Origin: an uncultured Candidatus Binatia bacterium
Lineage (GTDB): Bacteria; Desulfobacterota; Binatia; Bin18
Assembly: GCA_965242605.1 (NCBI GenBank)
Contig: CBDESS010000001.1
Location: forward strand, 20,910-84,909
DNA length: 64,000 nt
Direction: 5' to 3'
Positions 59,668 to 64,000 of the stretch are shown one piece after another. Below the pieces are notes generated by a model. It saw only the letters and a list, made by a program, of their open reading frames with translations, searched no databases and was not told where the DNA came from. The translations under genes were made by a program, and so were the position numbers. How positions within the stretch are numbered: position 1 is the stretch's first letter; every line of letters starts with the position of its first letter.

Positions 59668-59871
59668 ATGGGCAAGTCGAATGTGTCAAAGATATTAGTA
59701 TATCATATATTATGTTATGTTATTTGTATAGCTCGTAGCAAATCCGGCAGAATAGTGCTTGAAATTGACCCTGCCCGAAAAGAGGAGCTCTATACGGCGC
59801 TGACCGCGGATGGACTCACTTTGAAAGAATGGTTCCTCCGGCAGACTGCCGATTATCTTCAGAATCGGTGA
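59668..59871 (+). CDS. Small ribbon-helix-helix-like (CopG/Arc-type) ORF upstream of the methyltransferase pseudogene
   Basis: C-terminal 40 aa 'RIVLEIDPARKEELYTALTADGLTLKEWFLRQTADYL' fits a beta-alpha-alpha RHH pattern. The N-terminal part is AT-rich and the start is uncertain. Confidence 0.3.
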   Translation: MGKSNVSKILVYHILCYVICIARSKSGRIVLEIDPARKEELYTALTADGLTLKEWFLRQTADYLQNR

Positions 59872-59984
59872 CAACCGTCCCTTTTCGGAGCGTCACTTCT
59901 TGCCGAACGGCGGGACGAATACCGCTACCGCGCTGAGCCAGCCAGGCAACAGATGGAATACAGGCACCCCACGAGGAATAAGAA

Positions 59985-61543
59985 ATGAATTTCATGCGGT
60001 GCGAATCTGCTCAGAAGTTACGAGGGGGGTTCTACACCCATGCGGCAATTGCCGCCTTTTTGGTCAAGTGGGTGAAAGGGTGTCAGCCCATGCGCATTTT
60101 GGAGCCGGGTTGTGGCGACGGGGGTTTTCTTGAAGAGATTGAGAAGACGAAGCTTCGTGGCCTGCGTCGGCTCGTCGCGTGTGAAATAGACGGCGAAGAG
60201 GCTGCAAAGGCGGCTTCTCGGACTGGCTTGTCAGCCGACATTCTGAATACAGACTTCCTGCGCTGGTATCTTGTCCACGGGCGAAACGAAGAAGCGTTCG
60301 ACGCTGTTGTCGGAAATCCGCCTTTCATTCGCTACCAGTACTTACCCCGGGAACAGCAGCGCTTATCGGAGAAGATATTTCACGCGCTCCGCCTCCCTTT
60401 TACTAAACACTGCAACGCATGGGCTCCATTTATCCTAGGCTCTATTCATCTGCTCCGCCCTAGAGGACGCTTGGCGATGGTCGTTCCTTCTGAAATTTCC
60501 CACATTGCTTACGCCCAGTCGATTCGCTCGTACTTGGTGGACTAATGTTCTCGGATTCTCTTCCTGGACCCAGCAGAAATCTGGCTTGCGGATACCCTGC
60601 AAGGAACGGTCTTGTTATTGGCGGAGAAAAAGAGGCGGGTCGGCGAATCGTCACAGGGCGTCGCGGTGGCCCCCATTCAGAATCGCGCGTGCCTCACGTT
60701 GCCAGCCGATGAATATTTTCGGAACGCCAGCTACGCCAGCGGAGCAACGATTGCGGGCAAATGGATGTCAGTATTTCTCTCGAAGGACGACCGCGCCCTC
60801 ATGGAGCAACTGCAACGGCATCCCCAGGTGAAGCTCTTTGCAGACCTTGCATCGGTAGATGTCGGAATTGTGACAGGGGCGAACAAGTTTTTTCTCGTTC
60901 CAGACAACACTGTGGACGAGTTCGCTCTCCATCACTGGGCATTTCCAATGTTTGGACGAGTGGGCACGTTCGTGGATTGATATACACCCAGAAGGATCAC
61001 AAACAGAACAAAGCAACAGGCTTGCCAGCAAACTTTCTCTGGTTTCAGGAAGAGGATGAGCAGTCATTTCCGTCAGGGGCCAGACAGTATCTCGACCGTG
61101 GCCTCGCGGAGTCCTTGCACACCCGTTTCAAGTGCCGGGTCCGAAAACCGTGGTATCGAGTTCCCTCGGTCTATGCAGCACCAATTGCCATGCTGAAACG
61201 GGCGCATAACTATCCGCGTTTGGTCCTCAACACAGCCCGGGCGTTCGCAACAGATACCGCGTACCGCATCGCGCCGGCGGGTATTGATGCTTCTGCCTTG
61301 GTGCTGGGATTCATCAACAGTCTCACCTGCTTGAGCTCCGAACTGGAAGGGAGGCATTATGGCGGGGGAGTTCTGGAGTTAGTGCCCTCAGAGATTGAAC
61401 ACTTGCTCATTCCCATTGTAGACATCTCATCAGCAGAACTGCGCGAAGCCGACAAGCGGCTTCCGTACCTCGGGCGACGAGAGGGCATTTTTGCGCGAAA
61501 ACGACGAGCGAGTCCTCGGGAGACTGGGATTCAGCATATCTGA
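59985..61543 (+). pseudogene. M.TaqI/Eco57I-like N6-adenine DNA methyltransferase (gamma-class), disrupted by an in-frame TAA (60543) and at least one frameshift (~60950-60980, possibly a second near 61500)
   Basis: Motif X-like 'GGFYTHAAIAAFLV', motif I 'ILEPGCGDGGFL', motif IV 'VGNPPFIRYQ', TaqI_C-like 'GIVTGANKFFLV'. The reading frame continues past the TAA and switches frame once. GC ~55% against a ~66% background. Confidence 0.65.
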
Positions 61544-61636
61544 ACAGGAATCCCTCAGAGAGGCGTGGCAGAAACTCCGCGACCGGTGCCAGCGTCGGAA
61601 GAAATCGCTACGAATCAGCAAGATATCTTCCTTTGC

Positions 61637-62495
61637 TCACTCTAAGTCAAGGAGAAAGGGAGCCTCCGCCTGGGGTGTTTCGTAGAGGGATAGCATTATA
61701 CCTGTGAGGTTCTGTTCCTGGACGGTAGACCTGAAATTCCCCCATCGAAGAATAGTTGTGTAGTTGCGCTGTCCGGCTTCTCCAAATGGTTTAATGAGCC
61801 GGACAGGCGGCCTCTCCCCGCACGATTGTTGGGGGAGCAACGGCGGCAGCGGCACCGCATCAACAGTAAATGGGTTCTCGAATGTTCCTTCTTGATTATC
61901 TCTCGGCCGCCCGTTCAAACCTCGACGGTCTCCTCTAACCTGCGATTCTGTAGGCAGCTCCCCACGCCCGAATAAGAGATCGATCAAATCAGCGGTTAGT
62001 GCCTGCGCGGTTTGTCCTGTTGGAGCCAAGAATCCCTGAAGAGGTGCGATAATCCGGCGATATTCCTCCGTATCGCCTGGGAAATCAAAGTCGTGGCATG
62101 TGGCTGCTTCGTAGCTAGTAAAGAATCCACCCTCCGTGAGATTGTTCGATCCGACAATCAGGGTCGCAGACTCGTTGGATTCGAATAGATAGACCTTTGG
62201 ATGGAAAGTCGCCCTAGGTAATGGGTTATGGAAAACGAAAACTTCGCACTCCCAACGCAGCAACTCTTCCAAAACCTCTCGACTTGTTCCACCAAGGTCG
62301 ATACCGATATTGAGGCGCAAGACGCACCCATTCCGTGCTTGCGCCAGCAAACCGGTCGCGCAGTCGGAGTATTGTCCGTATCGCAACAAAGGCGGAAACA
62401 AGCACGATCCGACTAAAGCTTTGTTCGTTCGCTAAGATGCGAGCAATTTCATGCCCAAGTTGGATCGCGAGTTGTGTAATGACGCTTGAAGTCAT
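61637..62495 (-). pseudogene. PLD-family (HxK...GSxN) nuclease, BfiI/NgoFVII-type restriction endonuclease candidate, frameshifted
   Basis: 'FHPKVYLFESNESATLIVGSNNLT' PLD catalytic motif. The N-terminal 90-aa ORF (62226..62495) is in a different frame from the 254-aa body. Convergent with the methyltransferase. GC ~52%. Confidence 0.55.
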
Positions 62496-63538
62496 CAATT
62501 GCGGTATGGAGAATTTCGTGACTGGGGAAAACTCATCCGTGGGGACGAAAGCTCCGAGGCAGGAGCAGGGACCACCTCAAACACATGGAGCCGCATATCA
62601 GCCGTTGCCGCCGCCTCAACCGCACGCCAGTCATGGTCGGGTAAGACGACCAGTTCGGGCGCGAGCTGAGCCCATTTCTTCAGACGCCAGATTTTGTCCC
62701 ACCAAGCGTCCCGGTTAAACGCCAGTCCGGGCAGGCGGGTATACATATACTGCTCCCTGGTCCAGGCCAGGTTTCCACACAGCAACACCGGCCCCGAGGG
62801 CAGCCGGACGAGCACCGCCAGCCCACCCGCGGTCATGCCGCTGGCGTCAAGCAGGACAACACTGCCGTCGCCGAACAGGTCCTGGGCGGCGGGCAGCAGG
62901 CCAAGCGACTCGGCCTGTCCAAAATCTATGAACTGCCACCGCGCAACTTGGTCATACTCTTTGGGCAGATACGCCCCCAAGCCGGTCTGTCCAATTGCTG
63001 CGGCGTGTTCGGCGCTAGTCACCACCGCTGTCGCCCCAGAAAAATGCTCCAATTCGCCGGCGTGGTCGGGCCGCAGATCAGGTAGGATAATGTGCGTCGT
63101 CTCATCGGCCGGCAGCCGGGCGGCCTGGAGCTGGGCAACGATGGCTTGGCCAGCGCTCAGCCGGGCCCGTCCGATCAGCGCCAGGGGCGTTTCCAGATAG
63201 GCCTGCGGACCATCGGTTGAGGAATCGGCCAGTGCCCGGTTAAGCCCGGTGCCAACCAGGATGAGACCCCGGTGGGGGTGCTCAATGGCAAACACCAGCA
63301 CGTCCAGGTGTGTCTGCTCAAAGACACTGCCGCCCTCATATACCAGTCGGCTCGCCAGGGTCACCGAGCCGGTTTGAAAAACATGCAGCCGCAGCCCCGG
63401 CGTGCCGTGGTAGCTTGTGGGCCAGTTGTGCAGCTCAGGAACTATATACGGCGGCCGCAAGGGCTCATGGCAGCCGCCCGCCAGCAGGGCCAGCAGGCCG
63501 ACGAGGCTGAGGACTGCGGGACGGAGACGGGGGGTCAT
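62495..63538 (-). CDS. MBL-fold metallo-hydrolase (AHL-lactonase-like) lipoprotein
   Basis: Lipobox 'LLAGGC'. MBL motifs are degenerate ('HPHRG', 'RPDHAGE'). Native high GC. Confidence 0.65.
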   Translation of the reverse strand: MTPRLRPAVLSLVGLLALLAGGCHEPLRPPYIVPELHNWPTSYHGTPGLRLHVFQTGSVTLASRLVYEGGSVFEQTHLDVLVFAIEHPHRGLILVGTGLNRALADSSTDGPQAYLETPLALIGRARLSAGQAIVAQLQAARLPADETTHIILPDLRPDHAGELEHFSGATAVVTSAEHAAAIGQTGLGAYLPKEYDQVARWQFIDFGQAESLGLLPAAQDLFGDGSVVLLDASGMTAGGLAVLVRLPSGPVLLCGNLAWTREQYMYTRLPGLAFNRDAWWDKIWRLKKWAQLAPELVVLPDHDWRAVEAAATADMRLHVFEVVPAPASELSSPRMSFPQSRNSPYRN

Positions 63539-63659
63539 GCGATGGGTGTATAGACGATAGGCCGGGCCTTGGCCAAGAGCCTCAACAGGTCGGCTTACGG
63601 GACGTGAACCGACCCGTTGTTGAAGTCGGGCTGCACCTTCAGCTAACCCGCCCTACCCA

Positions 63660-64000
63660 CTAGCCTTCAAGAAGTGCTTCGGCAACGCGTGCGCTCCCTT
63701 CAGACATACTGAAAGCCGCATGGTGTATTTCAAGTGATTGCAGCAGCAAAGGCGAGTGCTCCTTCTTACCCAGATCTGTGGCTTTCAAAAAGGCATTCAG
63801 GTCGCTGTTGTGGATCTCCGTAAAAGACCTCTCTTTGTAGGCAGACTTATCGCTTCCGACCGTCAGATATTGGTCAAGCAGTATAATCGCCCCATTGCCG
63901 AGCCTATCGAACTGATCTTTCGCGTTGGGCTCAGCAAGTTTCACTACAGCGTCGGTCAGCTCGTCTGCGGAAACCGATGGAAGCTGGCGTTGAGGAGTCA
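63660..64000 (-). CDS. Hypothetical protein, 5' end beyond window
   Basis: Frame stays open to the window edge on the minus strand. Lower GC. No domain recognised. Confidence 0.3.
   Translation of the reverse strand, partial: TPQRQLPSVSADELTDAVVKLAEPNAKDQFDRLGNGAIILLDQYLTVGSDKSAYKERSFTEIHNSDLNAFLKATDLGKKEHSPLLLQSLEIHHAAFSMSEGSARVAEALLEG

Noticed and set aside
60505-60831. 108-aa ORF in an alternative frame within the methyltransferase region
   Set aside because: Arg/Trp-rich with no motifs. The frame carrying the MTase motifs continues straight through this region except for the single TAA.

Overview
High-GC (~65%) bacterial chromosomal segment that is densely coding and mostly housekeeping. 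Main content, in order:
- Two tandem GT39 (ArnT/PMT-like) glycosyltransferases; an H+-pyrophosphatase; ADH + MeaB; a crotonase.
- A very large (1883 aa) tandem-fused double UvrA.
- A CorC/HlyC transporter.
- A PDH/acetoin-type E1a-E1b-E2 operon; AcpS; a B12-binding radical SAM protein.
- A near-complete dcw cell-division/peptidoglycan cluster on the minus strand (rsmH-ftsL-ftsI-murE-mraY-ftsW-murG-murC-murB-ddl-ftsQ-ftsA-ftsZ), notably lacking mraZ, murF and murD.
- A class-V aminotransferase + serA; NfeD + SPFH; purA; a paired acyl-CoA dehydrogenase; a 1-Cys peroxiredoxin; xerC-hslV-hslU.
- Several small lipoproteins.

Three stretches are atypical:
- (i) 17.4-19.6 kb: translationally coupled small genes with HicB-like motifs, a single-TM protein, a frameshifted ankyrin-repeat gene and secreted proteins.
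- (ii) 8.7-10.1 kb: a lower-GC segment with a ~0.5 kb non-coding stretch and a secreted protein.
- (iii) 59.6-62.5 kb: a clearly lower-GC island carrying a decayed Type II R-M system. It has an M.TaqI/Eco57I-like N6-adenine methyltransferase with an in-frame stop and frameshifts, and a convergent frameshifted PLD-family nuclease, preceded by a small RHH-like ORF.

No rRNA, tRNA or CRISPR array was recognised by eye. Several apparent frameshifts occur in low-GC or homopolymer contexts; they could be genuine decay or assembly error.
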